From: a virus
Lineage: Duplodnaviria; Caudoviricetes
Length of the DNA stretch: 61,979 nt
Virus record (IMG/VR): IMGVR_UViG_3300027985_000277
Location: 1 to 61,979 of that record
Strand: one strand, 5' to 3'
Shown here: one piece after another, positions 17,967 through 27,541 of the stretch
Layout of the letters: the number at the start of each line of letters is the position of its first letter
Position numbering within the stretch: position 1 is the stretch's first letter
The notes under the pieces: generated by a model
Seen by the model: only the letters and a program-made list of their open reading frames with translations
The model's database searches: none
Told to the model about the DNA's origin: nothing
Program-made: the position numbers and the translations under genes

Positions 17967-18021
17967 GCTGTGTGTTACGTTTTAGGCGTACATTGGAAGG
18001 GTTCGAGTCCTCAGCACAGCA
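17967..18021 (+). ncRNA. Truncated tRNA-like element
   Basis: GCTGTGT/GCACAGC stem, TTCGAGT T-loop, only one other arm. Confidence 0.4.
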
Positions 18022-18051
18022 CTCACAACCGTACGAGGAGAGGAGTTCGTT

Positions 18052-20190
18052 TTGCAGGAGTTCTTCTCCGCGATTTACGGCGATGCGTCAGGGTGGGTTG
18101 ATATTGTCAACCGGGACCAAGATACCGGAAAGATCGACTCTGAGATGTGGCGTGAATGGCCCCGTTCAGTAGCCTACCTCGCCAAGTATTGCGGGCTCCG
18201 ACAAGACGAAGACACTTACTGCTCCGTGGCGCTGTTCACCGATAAGCTGCGCACCAAGGACGACACAAAGGCCATTGCCAATGCTGTGTGGGCCGATGCC
18301 GACACCTGTGACCCCCAGAACTTCCGCGCCACTCCCTCCATCATCGTCAATACCTCCCCGGGGCGTTGGCACTGCTGGTGGGTGTTGGACGCCCCTGTGC
18401 CCGCCGCAGACGCTTCCCTCACTAGTCAGAAAATCGCCTACGCTCACCGTGAGCAAGGCTGTGATCTGGGGTGGGCTGTCAGCAAGATCCTGCGGGTGCC
18501 CGGCACAACCAACACCAAGGACGGCCAGAACTTCTTGGTCACCGCAGAGTACACAGGAGTGCTCTACACCCTTGAGGAACTGAACGCCCTCTACACTGAC
18601 GTAGAGGCTCAGGCCCCGGTAGCGCTGACCGATGCGATGCCTGAATTGCTGACGCTTTCAGAGCGCATCGCCTTGGAGAAGCGGGTCATCGAGAACAGCC
18701 CGTTTGAGAATCTGTATCTGACGCCCCCCGAAGCCGGAGCGGACTGGTCCCAGAAACTGTTCCGACTCCAGTTTGACCTGTTCCGGGATGGGTGTACTCC
18801 CCAAGAGGTTTTCACGCTTAGCAAGCATTCGGCCTGTAACAAGTTCGCCCGGGACAACCGACCAGACTCTGACCTCTGGAAGACCGTACAGAATGCATAT
18901 CATAAGTACGAATCGGAGGAAGCACCTATTGCTGTGCGGGTAGAGGCCCGCAAAACCTACACGATTCCTGAGTTTGTGACTGATGACGAACGAAAATCTG
19001 CAACCGGAGGGTTTCCCGACACCTACACCAAGTGGGTGGCACAGCGGTCGGACGCGGCACAGACCTACAACTACAGCCTCGCCTACATGCTGCTGTCGTG
19101 CGTGTTCGGAGATCGGGGCTACATCCCGGACAAGTTCGGAATGCGTCGATTGAACCTGTGGCTACTGCTGCTGGGGGACACCACCCGCACCCGTAAGTCC
19201 ACCGCCAAGTCACTGTTCCTGCGTGTACTGCACGGGTATGAGACGGCTGCTTTGAATGGCGGCAAGATCGACATCGGCTCTGATGTCACCAAGGAAGGCC
19301 TGGGCAAGGTGCTCGGAGAACGTGATGGGCTGGTGTCCCTGATGCAGACCGACGAAGTGAACGGCATGTTCCGGGAGATGTACGGCAAGAACTACCAGAT
19401 CGGAACGCTGTCCTACTTCACTGACCTGTACGAGGGATTTGTGCCGGTGGTGCTTCGGGCAGCCAAGGATGCCGGGCAGACCAATCGGGCTCGGACAACG
19501 TTCAACATGCTGGGCGTGGGCATTCGGGAGCATGTGGCCCAGACCCTGACCAAAGAGGATTTTGAGTCCGGCTTTCTGGTTCGCATGTTGTGGTCGGTGG
19601 CCGACCCCGGGCCACGTCAGAAGGGTTCGGACAATTGGATCGACGCGATGGAGGCAGCCTCGGATGAGGCGGACGTGGCCCGCATCGTTTTGGACCTCAA
19701 GCGCAGAGCGAACAAGTTCGTGCCCGAGGCACCCTCTGCAATCAAGATTTCGGACTCAGCCAAGATCCGCTACAACGAGTGGGCTGAACTGGTGCGCAAG
19801 CACAGTGAGGAGTACGGAGACTCCGCATTGGAGGCCAGCATTGATCGCTTCCAGCACAGCATTCGGAAAGCAGCAGCCCTGCTTGCCATGTACGATGGTG
19901 TAGAAGTGATCGAGTTGAAGCACCTGCTCCCTGCTCTGGTGCAAGCTGAGCGTTGGTATGGGGACATGCTTCGGATGTTGAACGAGGTATCTTCCTCGGA
20001 TTTCGAGCGGTTGCTGAATGAGGTGGAGGCTTTCATCTCTCAAGGCACAAATGGTGAACGACAGGACGCAGCGGTGAAGCGCAAGTTCGCTCGTCTCAAG
20101 CCACAGGAGATTGGAGATGCTTTGACATCATTGAAAGCGCAGGGACGCATTCGCAACAACGGACAGTCGATTTGGCAGGTGCTGGCGTGA
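18052..20190 (+). CDS. DNA primase-helicase (RepB-like primase N-term, DUF3987-like ATPase C-term)
   Basis: WADAD, TSPGRWHCWW, LRVPGTTNTK; GDTTRTRKST, TDE, SGFLVR; GAGGAG RBS before TTG. Confidence 0.85.
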   Translation: MQEFFSAIYGDASGWVDIVNRDQDTGKIDSEMWREWPRSVAYLAKYCGLRQDEDTYCSVALFTDKLRTKDDTKAIANAVWADADTCDPQNFRATPSIIVNTSPGRWHCWWVLDAPVPAADASLTSQKIAYAHREQGCDLGWAVSKILRVPGTTNTKDGQNFLVTAEYTGVLYTLEELNALYTDVEAQAPVALTDAMPELLTLSERIALEKRVIENSPFENLYLTPPEAGADWSQKLFRLQFDLFRDGCTPQEVFTLSKHSACNKFARDNRPDSDLWKTVQNAYHKYESEEAPIAVRVEARKTYTIPEFVTDDERKSATGGFPDTYTKWVAQRSDAAQTYNYSLAYMLLSCVFGDRGYIPDKFGMRRLNLWLLLLGDTTRTRKSTAKSLFLRVLHGYETAALNGGKIDIGSDVTKEGLGKVLGERDGLVSLMQTDEVNGMFREMYGKNYQIGTLSYFTDLYEGFVPVVLRAAKDAGQTNRARTTFNMLGVGIREHVAQTLTKEDFESGFLVRMLWSVADPGPRQKGSDNWIDAMEAASDEADVARIVLDLKRRANKFVPEAPSAIKISDSAKIRYNEWAELVRKHSEEYGDSALEASIDRFQHSIRKAAALLAMYDGVEVIELKHLLPALVQAERWYGDMLRMLNEVSSSDFERLLNEVEAFISQGTNGERQDAAVKRKFARLKPQEIGDALTSLKAQGRIRNNGQSIWQVLA

Positions 20191-20336
20191 AAATCCAACT
20201 GGCAATCGAAGTGTTTCGGAGGGTGTTTGTGTGGTCTACTCAATTCTCGATGGTGAAGCATCAAGAGCCGGAACTGGAGCCTGAAGAAGAGGAAGAAGTA
20301 GATGTTACTTCTATTCCATTAGGGTTTCATGGATGA
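20187..20336 (+). CDS. Small hypothetical protein (49 aa)
   Basis: GTGA and ATGA overlaps with both neighbours. Confidence 0.5.
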   Translation: MKIQLAIEVFRRVFVWSTQFSMVKHQEPELEPEEEEEVDVTSIPLGFHG

Positions 20337-23266
20337 TTCTCAAGTACGTCACCACCTCCGACCTGACGCCGGAATACACCGCTATGCTGAAGCAGGCGGT
20401 GCGTTCGGTGTTCCCGGATGGGGTGCAACTGAGGCCTACCGCCAGTGCGCTGCGGGCCCAGATCGTGCTCAGCCCAGAAAACGATACTTACGATGACCTT
20501 GTGGCTGTGTTCACCCATTTCGCCACCCTTGTGCCGTGGCCCGGCCATGATGCGGAGACGCTGTACTTTGACATCGAAACCCATGATGCCGACTTGCGAT
20601 GGAACATGCCTGTGGAAGAGTTCTTCCGACTGGGGCAGTATTCCTGGGGCATCAACGGAGAAGTGCACCTTACCACCGACCTCGAAGAGATGCGGGCTCT
20701 GATCCGCAAAGCCTACGGTGTGGTGGGGCACAACATCCACAGCTTTGACCTCAGTGTGCTGCTGGGGGACGAGGCATTGCTGCTGCCTCGGGTGTTCGAC
20801 ACAATGGTGCACGCAGCACTGGTGAACCCGGCACCCTACATGTTTACTACCCGAAACGGCCATACCTATTACGACGGCATGAAGCCGGAAAAAGCACTGG
20901 TGTGGCTCTCATTGGACAACCAATGTTTTGTTCTTGGAGTACCCGGAAAAATCGGTGACCTGAAAGCACTGGCAAAGAAATACGGTGGGTTCGGGAACAT
21001 CCCGATTGACGACAAAGAGTTTGAGGAATATGCAATTGGTGACATTAAGCCTGCACTTCAAGGGCTTACTATGGCGCTGCTGGAAAAGCGGCCTCTGGAA
21101 TCGTATGACTGGCGGGAACAGGTAAATGCGGCCATTGATGCTCAGAATACTCGCAATGGTTTTGTGGTGAACATTGAAAAGGCTAAAGCTCGTGTCCTAG
21201 AATTGCAGTCTGAAAAAGAGCGTCTGCTGGCAATGCTTGAATCCGATTACGGTTTCCCCACCAATGGAGTGCAGCCGTGGAAATCGAAGGCGGGCAAGGA
21301 AGCCATCTTCAAGATCCTTGCGGACAATGGCATCACGGCACAAACCAAGCCCGACTGGACGCGCACGGCCACGGGAAATTTGAGCCTTGGTGGCGAAGTG
21401 CTGATCGAACTCACTGAGGGTACCGCTGCCGAAGAACTGGGGCGCTCTCTTGCCACTCTGATGGGGCAACGTTCGCTTGCTCAGCTTGCATTAGACAGCG
21501 TGCAGAATGACGGCAAGGCACATCCCCAGATCACGGCCCTGCAACGTAGCGGCAGGAAGTGCGTACCAACGAGCCACCGGATTCTCACGCAACGAGGACT
21601 ACTTACTGTGGACCAAGTTCTCCCGGGGGATAAAACACTAGATGTGTACAACGAGTGGACAAGTGTTACTGGGGTGCATCGTTATGATGACCAACCCACC
21701 CTTGTCTGGAGGAATTCTCGCGAATCGTATGAAGCTACTGCCGAGCATCGTTGGGTGCAAACACCGCTTGAGGATTCTCGGTGGTCAGTAGAGCCCATCG
21801 CGCAGGGGTCTCGGAGGAGACTGAAACTCACACCGGAAACTTACTTCTTTGATCTTTCTAAGCATCGTCGTTACCCGTCAGATATGTCCCGGAGTGAAAA
21901 GTTTGCTGCATTCGTAGGTTTATTGGTAACGGATGGGAGATGTGCGATACGTTCGGACAGTGGGAGCATTGCTGCGCATGTCTATCAGACCACGCATAAG
22001 TTCTACAAAGAGATGCTGTCCGTTCTGCCAAAGCACCTAATTGTGTCTGACACGTATCGAACTGAAACCGATCATCATGATGTGCGGCTTTCAGCTTCGG
22101 GGGTAGTTCGTATGTTGTCCGATAACGGATTAAGGGTTGAAGGCAATCTTCGGAAATCTTCCTCTTTGCTCCCTTGGATTTTGGGGCTAACGCAACGAGA
22201 GTGCTTAGCATTTCTTTGTTCGGTGTGGTTGGCGGATGGGGCAACTTCCGCAGACAAAGGTGTACGTATTTCTTGCAAAAATGATGTTTTAGCAGAATGC
22301 GTAATGATTGCTGCTTACCGTTGTGGGTATCGTCCTGTTCATTCTTATTATGACAATCCAAACGGGGGACGTGCGGGAGTAATTAGTCTGCGCCTGGACA
22401 GAATGGCGGTGAAAAAACTGACTCCCGTGTCTTCTCGTTCGGACGTGTGGTGTGTAACCACAAGTAGTGGAACATGGACTGCGTGGAACGACAACGGTCC
22501 TTATCTTACGGGGAACAGCACAACCAAGCCTGGCTTAACGGTCTGGTCCGCCAAGGGCGATAAGGCGGTGGAGAAGTCCTACTTCATCGCCTCCCCGGGA
22601 CGTAAGCTGATCGAGTTCGACTTCAGTAACGCCGACTCTCGGGTGGTCGCTGCCTACAGCGGAGACGAAGCGTTCGCCAAACGGCTCGAACCGGGTGTGG
22701 ACGGCCACGACCTGACCGGGGAGATTTTCTTCGGCTACGATGCCTATCACGCCGACCGGGAGAACTTGCGTCCTCTCGCCAAGGTTGCCAACCATGCCCT
22801 TGCCTATCGAATCGGCAAGAAGAAGCTGGCTGCGAAGATGGGCAAGACCGAGGCCGAGGCACAAGGCTACATCTTCGCCTACCAGGATGCTTACCCCGAC
22901 GTGGCAGCATGGCAGGATCGTGTGACCCATGAGGGGGAGCGAGGGTACATCGTCAACCGGTGGGGGCGGCGCATGATCGTGGACCCCGACCGGTCGTTCA
23001 CCCAGTCTGCGGCTCTGCTAGGCCAGTCCGGCACACGGGAGGTTCTAGTGGACGGGTTGATCCGCCTACTGGAGCGTGATCCCAAGTACATCCGGTACCT
23101 TGTTGCGCAGGTGCATGACGCGATTGTGATGGATGTGCCGGAACAAGAGGTTGACGAAGTGATCGCTGTGGTACTAGAGTGTATGGAGACAACTTGGAAT
23201 GGTATCGAGTTCCCGATGGAGCACGGTACCCCTGCAAACGACTGGCAGGCTTGCAGTCACGGTTAG
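20333..23266 (+). CDS. polA: Family A DNA polymerase with 3'-5' exonuclease and an intein
   Basis: FDIET, GHNIHSFD; DFSNADSR (motif A), RPLAKVANHALAY (B), QVHDA (C). Confidence 0.93.
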   Translation: MILKYVTTSDLTPEYTAMLKQAVRSVFPDGVQLRPTASALRAQIVLSPENDTYDDLVAVFTHFATLVPWPGHDAETLYFDIETHDADLRWNMPVEEFFRLGQYSWGINGEVHLTTDLEEMRALIRKAYGVVGHNIHSFDLSVLLGDEALLLPRVFDTMVHAALVNPAPYMFTTRNGHTYYDGMKPEKALVWLSLDNQCFVLGVPGKIGDLKALAKKYGGFGNIPIDDKEFEEYAIGDIKPALQGLTMALLEKRPLESYDWREQVNAAIDAQNTRNGFVVNIEKAKARVLELQSEKERLLAMLESDYGFPTNGVQPWKSKAGKEAIFKILADNGITAQTKPDWTRTATGNLSLGGEVLIELTEGTAAEELGRSLATLMGQRSLAQLALDSVQNDGKAHPQITALQRSGRKCVPTSHRILTQRGLLTVDQVLPGDKTLDVYNEWTSVTGVHRYDDQPTLVWRNSRESYEATAEHRWVQTPLEDSRWSVEPIAQGSRRRLKLTPETYFFDLSKHRRYPSDMSRSEKFAAFVGLLVTDGRCAIRSDSGSIAAHVYQTTHKFYKEMLSVLPKHLIVSDTYRTETDHHDVRLSASGVVRMLSDNGLRVEGNLRKSSSLLPWILGLTQRECLAFLCSVWLADGATSADKGVRISCKNDVLAECVMIAAYRCGYRPVHSYYDNPNGGRAGVISLRLDRMAVKKLTPVSSRSDVWCVTTSSGTWTAWNDNGPYLTGNSTTKPGLTVWSAKGDKAVEKSYFIASPGRKLIEFDFSNADSRVVAAYSGDEAFAKRLEPGVDGHDLTGEIFFGYDAYHADRENLRPLAKVANHALAYRIGKKKLAAKMGKTEAEAQGYIFAYQDAYPDVAAWQDRVTHEGERGYIVNRWGRRMIVDPDRSFTQSAALLGQSGTREVLVDGLIRLLERDPKYIRYLVAQVHDAIVMDVPEQEVDEVIAVVLECMETTWNGIEFPMEHGTPANDWQACSHG
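21560..22516 (+). mobile_element. Intein with LAGLIDADG homing endonuclease (319 aa)
   Basis: SGRK|CVPTSHRILT ... DVWCVTT...YLTGN|STTKP; FVGLLVTDG and CSVWLADG; more AT-rich than the C-terminal extein. Confidence 0.92.
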
Positions 23267-23278
23267 AAGGAGGAGTGT

Positions 23279-23434
23279 ATGTCTTGGCAGAAGTGGGTTG
23301 CGATTGGGTTCATCGTCCTTTCGGTGTTGACCATGCTCACCAAGGTGGGCTCGACACAGAGGGTGACTGGCGGTGCAGCCGCACTGAGCGTTGCCCTGTG
23401 GTCCGGCGTGGTCTACTGCATCGTGGTTGGTTGA
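23279..23434 (+). CDS. Small membrane protein (51 aa)
   Basis: AGGAGG RBS; two hydrophobic segments. Confidence 0.6.
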   Translation: MSWQKWVAIGFIVLSVLTMLTKVGSTQRVTGGAAALSVALWSGVVYCIVVG

Positions 23435-23435
23435 C

Positions 23436-23720
23436 GTGGCTGAATGGACGACCGAGGACGTGCGGTGGATGGATCTTCTTCGCAAGGTCGGGTTGGGGCT
23501 CGGCCTCCACGAACCCTTGCGCACGACGATGATCGAGGAAGCGCTCCCGCACGTCCGAGCCGACCTTACCGCCCATGACGCCGAGGTACGGGCGCAGGCG
23601 CTGAGGGATGCGGCAGACATGGCCGACAGTGAAGGGCATCTATGGTCGGGAGCACCGGCACATCGGTTCTTTGCTCTCGCCGACGAATACCGTGCCCGTG
23701 CTGAGCATGGGGAGGCGTGA
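23436..23720 (+). CDS. Hypothetical protein, paralog of 14671-14925
   Basis: Shared N-terminal, middle and C-terminal blocks. Confidence 0.7.
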   Translation: MAEWTTEDVRWMDLLRKVGLGLGLHEPLRTTMIEEALPHVRADLTAHDAEVRAQALRDAADMADSEGHLWSGAPAHRFFALADEYRARAEHGEA

Positions 23721-23929
23721 TGACCGAACAAACCTACTTCCGTCCCGGAGTGGGGCTCGCTGTTAAGAAGGGGCTTGGGCTCGGTGCCTATTGGGAAGGG
23801 CGTCTTGAGTTCAGCGCAGGCGAACTCCGCGCCCTAGCCGACATCGTGGAAGCGTCGAACTACCGCGACATGGCGGCTCTGGAGTTGCGCGCGTTGTGCG
23901 ATCTGGTCAATGAACTGAACGGGCAGTGA
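23717..23929 (+). CDS. Hypothetical protein
   Basis: GTGA overlap. Confidence 0.6.
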   Translation: MMTEQTYFRPGVGLAVKKGLGLGAYWEGRLEFSAGELRALADIVEASNYRDMAALELRALCDLVNELNGQ

Positions 23930-24099
23930 TGGCTAGCGACGAACAGGTGATGTTCAATGAGGTGGAGTGCGTGTTGCGGCTCTGGAAGCAGGGCTTCTAC
24001 GATGACACCACTGCCATCGAAGTGGTGGAGGCCATGTACCTCGAACTCCGAGGCCCCAACGCACTAATGGATGAGCCGGAGGAACCCGACTGTGACTGA
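23929..24099 (+). CDS. Hypothetical acidic protein (56 aa)
   Basis: TGATG coupling. Confidence 0.55.
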   Translation: MASDEQVMFNEVECVLRLWKQGFYDDTTAIEVVEAMYLELRGPNALMDEPEEPDCD

Positions 24100-24271
24100 G
24101 ACGATGTTTGCAGTGTTGCTTCTTGTGGCTGCGACTGTATTCGCCCTGTGCGCTGCTTTCGTGCCGTTTCTGCCTGCTCAGACCGTCTTTGGGGCGTGGG
24201 CTTGCGTTTGCTTGGTGATGGGAATTTGGTATCTGTGGGGGTCATGGAAGGAGAGGAAGAATGTTCGATAA
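24071..24271 (+). CDS. Membrane protein
   Basis: Two hydrophobic helices. Confidence 0.55.
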   Translation: MSRRNPTVTETMFAVLLLVAATVFALCAAFVPFLPAQTVFGAWACVCLVMGIWYLWGSWKERKNVR

Positions 24272-24458
24272 CACTGACGGTCTTAGCATTGACGACGTGG
24301 AGTACGGCTTTGATGGTGGGTACTACGGCATCTACGACGGGATCATTGCCTGGAAGATGAAGGACGGTACGATCCGCAACCGCTGGACTGACGTGCCCGG
24401 CTGCGAATTCCGCGCTGAGGCTACGCAGAAACTGATCGATGAGGGGGTGCTACGATGA
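24261..24458 (+). CDS. Hypothetical protein
   Basis: GGAGAGG RBS. Confidence 0.65.
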   Translation: MFDNTDGLSIDDVEYGFDGGYYGIYDGIIAWKMKDGTIRNRWTDVPGCEFRAEATQKLIDEGVLR

Positions 24459-24901
24459 CCATGCCCGCACCGAGCCGACCCGAGGAGCAGATCAACGAGA
24501 TAGCCCGTGTGCTGAAAGCCGCTTGGGACAAAGCCGAGCCGGAACATGGGGTCACTCTGTACCCAGCGTCCTACATGGCTACTTTCGCGGATATGGCCCG
24601 AGCCGTCCTCGCTCTGCTGCCCCAGCGGGTAGCGCCGAATCGAGACGATCTGATCAAGGGGATCGATCAGGTCGTGGGTACCCGCCGATCCACGATTCAG
24701 CGGGGCGAAGGGCACCTACTGACCACGGTCCTGACTGATGACCTGGCTGATGCTGTTGACGCTCTCTACGCCAACGCCCCGACCGTGGCCGAGGTCAAGG
24801 CCGATGGATGGGATGAGGGTGCGGAATTCATGGACGCGGACACCTTCTGGCATGACGGCGGGCGGGAGTCTAACCCGTACCGAAAGGAGGAGGGCAAGTG
24901 A
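24455..24901 (+). CDS. Hypothetical modular protein, partial paralog of 14090-14596
   Basis: Shared DNA blocks; ends in WDEG...NPYR. Confidence 0.7.
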   Translation: MTMPAPSRPEEQINEIARVLKAAWDKAEPEHGVTLYPASYMATFADMARAVLALLPQRVAPNRDDLIKGIDQVVGTRRSTIQRGEGHLLTTVLTDDLADAVDALYANAPTVAEVKADGWDEGAEFMDADTFWHDGGRESNPYRKEEGK

Positions 24902-25130
24902 AGCCCCCCAATCACGGATGTCGGGTATGTGTCACAGACCTCGAAGAGTTCCCGTATAAAGGGTACTTGGCTTATTGTCCGACCGCACGCCAAGAAGGGG
25001 TGCAGGGGCTTTTCCTAATTGAGTCTGCTATCACCCCTACAATCCCGCTTGCAATCTGGACAACTGACCGCATCACACTTACTGACGAGGCGTACAATGG
25101 AAGTTCACCTCTAAACACGGAAGGTTCGCG

Positions 25131-25385
25131 TTGAACGTCACGTATTTCTCCACCAAGACCTGTATGCCATGCAAAACCCTGTACCCCCAGGTGGAACAGA
25201 TTTGCACCACCAAGGGTGTTCCATTGAAGCATGTGGACATTGAGGAGAACCTGAACCTAGCGCCCCAGTGGTTGACCTCTGTGCCGACAATGGTGGTTCG
25301 CCACAGTGACGGTTATGAGCAGGTGCTGGCGGGCCCCTTCGCCACTGCTGTCGGCCTTCGGAAGGCACTGCGCCGGGATGAGTGA
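25131..25385 (+). CDS. Thioredoxin/NrdH-like redoxin
   Basis: YFSTKTCMPCK, VDIE, SVPT. Confidence 0.8.
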   Translation: MNVTYFSTKTCMPCKTLYPQVEQICTTKGVPLKHVDIEENLNLAPQWLTSVPTMVVRHSDGYEQVLAGPFATAVGLRKALRRDE

Positions 25386-25806
25386 TGAACTGCTCTGCCC
25401 GCTGTGCGGTAACTACCGTGACACCCCGATGCACGACTGGGGTTGTCCCGCTGGGCAGTACTGGCAACAGGACGAAACCCTGTACCCTGAACTCTGGGAG
25501 GATGAGGACTATGACGACGACTACCCATACACAGTTTGACATGTACCCCTGTGATCGGGGATACAGCGATGGTAAAGGCCGAGGACTTCACCATTTTGTT
25601 GCTGCGCAATACGGCCCTGCTGTTTGCACCTATTGCGGCAAAGTTGTAGCATCGGGAGGATATGTAGAAGCCCCCCTCCCGGTTCCCTGCCCTTGGGGTC
25701 CATATACCCCCTACCGACCCTACAAGTTGGAGGAGATCACTGTGGGTGATCCCCCTTGGCCGAACGCTACTTGGACGTGCTCTGTGCACAAGATGGGCTT
25801 CCCCGC

Positions 25807-26040
25807 ATGACCATTGGCTACGGTACGTTCGTACCTCGTAAGGGGGCACACCGGCATATCTACGGCCCAGTGAAGCGCACAACTGTGTTCACTTTCCAGG
25901 CTCCGTTGTGTGGTACGGTAAAGTGGTCGCTGCAACGCCTGAACTGTTGGGATTCCTTTTATCTTGACTACGAAACGAAGCAGGAGGCGGCACAGACGGC
26001 CACCTGCCCCAAGTGCTTGAGGAAGGCCCAACAGTGCTGA
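25807..26040 (+). CDS. Hypothetical Zn-finger-like protein
   Basis: PLCG...TCPKC; ATGA overlap. Confidence 0.5.
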   Translation: MTIGYGTFVPRKGAHRHIYGPVKRTTVFTFQAPLCGTVKWSLQRLNCWDSFYLDYETKQEAAQTATCPKCLRKAQQC

Positions 26041-26525
26041 CCACCCTACTGGCTATCGACCCCGCAGCCGCCCGCCCTGTGTCCAGCACCGGGTGGGCCT
26101 TCTGCACATACTCCGACACTGAAGCTTTCGCTGTCGTGCAGTCTGGAGTGGTGAACGGAGGCTTCACTGGGTTCCGGGATGACCCCAACATCCACCGCCT
26201 CTTGAACGCTGCAAACACGGTTGTATGCGAGAAGTACGTTCCCTATAAGGCCGCTGACCCCAGCCCCATGATGATCGAGGGCATAGTCAGCTTCGTTCGT
26301 CCCGATACGGTTTTTCAGCCCGCCACAGGAAAGAACAACTTGGCTCCAGACGTTCTCCTTAAGGCGCTTGGCTTGTGGTCAACGTCGGGACACCACAGAG
26401 ACGAGTTGGAAGCCCGCCGACACGCCTTAGTGTATTTGCTGAAACAGGAGCACCTGCCCACTCTCGAATTGGTGCGGAAGGCGTACTCTACTACTGGACC
26501 TGCCGAGCGGCGAGCCACAAAGTAG
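26034..26525 (+). CDS. RuvC-like Holliday junction resolvase
   Basis: LAIDP...TGWA, VVCE, HHRDELEARRH. Confidence 0.7.
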   Translation: MLTTLLAIDPAAARPVSSTGWAFCTYSDTEAFAVVQSGVVNGGFTGFRDDPNIHRLLNAANTVVCEKYVPYKAADPSPMMIEGIVSFVRPDTVFQPATGKNNLAPDVLLKALGLWSTSGHHRDELEARRHALVYLLKQEHLPTLELVRKAYSTTGPAERRATK

Positions 26526-27540
26526 AGAAGTCACCTCGAAGGCTGGAGCCGGACGTTCCGATGTACACCATTAGAGAGAACTGATCCCCTGTGGTGCAGA
26601 ACTCCTCTGTGTAGGCGGAACAACTGACGTAGCCACTTGTTGTAACGTCGAATCGGGTCAACGACGTTCCTGTGCCGGGGGTGCCTCCGCCCTTTTCGAT
26701 AGCCATCATTCGACGTGTCGTGGATTCGGTTGCGAAAGTGACAGCCCCCGAAAAACACCACAGACCCGTACTCGGGATTGTGATGATGCCGGTGGTGTTG
26801 TCGATAATTCCGCTCGTACTTCCGGTGACGGGAGTCAATGTGTTCAGTCGCGTCCAGGTGGACGATGAAATCCCTGTCATTTGGGTGTTACGAGTAGACT
26901 TAGCAAATGGGAGTGCAGCCGGAGGGGTATAGGTGAAGGTAACCTGCCTCCATGCAGTCCACGCCGTCAAATCGTAATCGCGCACAAATACGCGAGGGAT
27001 GCTCTCAAGTGTGGTGTATTCTTGTGTTTTGTAACTGGCATTATAGGAAGTTACTTTCAAGAATCCCGGAACCAAGTCTGGGTAATTCAGCCCTGAACTG
27101 GGTGTGTCGCTCTGGAAGAAGTTACCGGACGAAGTGAACGTGTCCAAATCAGTCACAAGATCGATTGCACCCGTGATGGAGGATGCTGCACTGATATTGG
27201 TTCGAGATTGCGCTTGCTGTGCATCAGTCAGCGTCTGTGCTGAATAGAGCAGTGCTGCGGGGTTTGCCCCGATGGCTGTCCACGTAGATCCGTTGGTTGT
27301 AACCTCCAACTGCTGCCCTGAAGACGCATCAGCCCTCCAGGCGAACAACGGTGCGCTGGTTGTGGGCGGATATTCGGCTACCAGTGCAGCACGACCTGAG
27401 ACATTTGCGATGGGGTGGATCACAGCATTGTCGTCAAAGAAGGAATCCACACTTACTTGCATGTTCCCGAGAAGGGTATGCAGCGGAGCAATGTTCGTAG
27501 CAGCGTCGGGGTAGTAAAACCCGTGCGAAGTATTTGGCAC
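26491..27540 (-). CDS. Minor tail / receptor-binding fibre protein
   Basis: Last tail gene; QTLTDAQQAQSRTNI, knob-like GFLKV...TQEY...WTAWR, beta-rich C-terminus. Confidence 0.75.
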   Translation of the reverse strand: MPNTSHGFYYPDAATNIAPLHTLLGNMQVSVDSFFDDNAVIHPIANVSGRAALVAEYPPTTSAPLFAWRADASSGQQLEVTTNGSTWTAIGANPAALLYSAQTLTDAQQAQSRTNISAASSITGAIDLVTDLDTFTSSGNFFQSDTPSSGLNYPDLVPGFLKVTSYNASYKTQEYTTLESIPRVFVRDYDLTAWTAWRQVTFTYTPPAALPFAKSTRNTQMTGISSSTWTRLNTLTPVTGSTSGIIDNTTGIITIPSTGLWCFSGAVTFATESTTRRMMAIEKGGGTPGTGTSLTRFDVTTSGYVSCSAYTEEFCTTGDQFSLMVYIGTSGSSLRGDFSTLWLAARQVQ

Positions 27541-27541
27541 T

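Noticed and set aside
17157-18172. ORF-track ORFs across the ncRNA region
   Set aside because: No RBS, atypical composition, and they overlap a clear tRNA and the tmRNA-like element.
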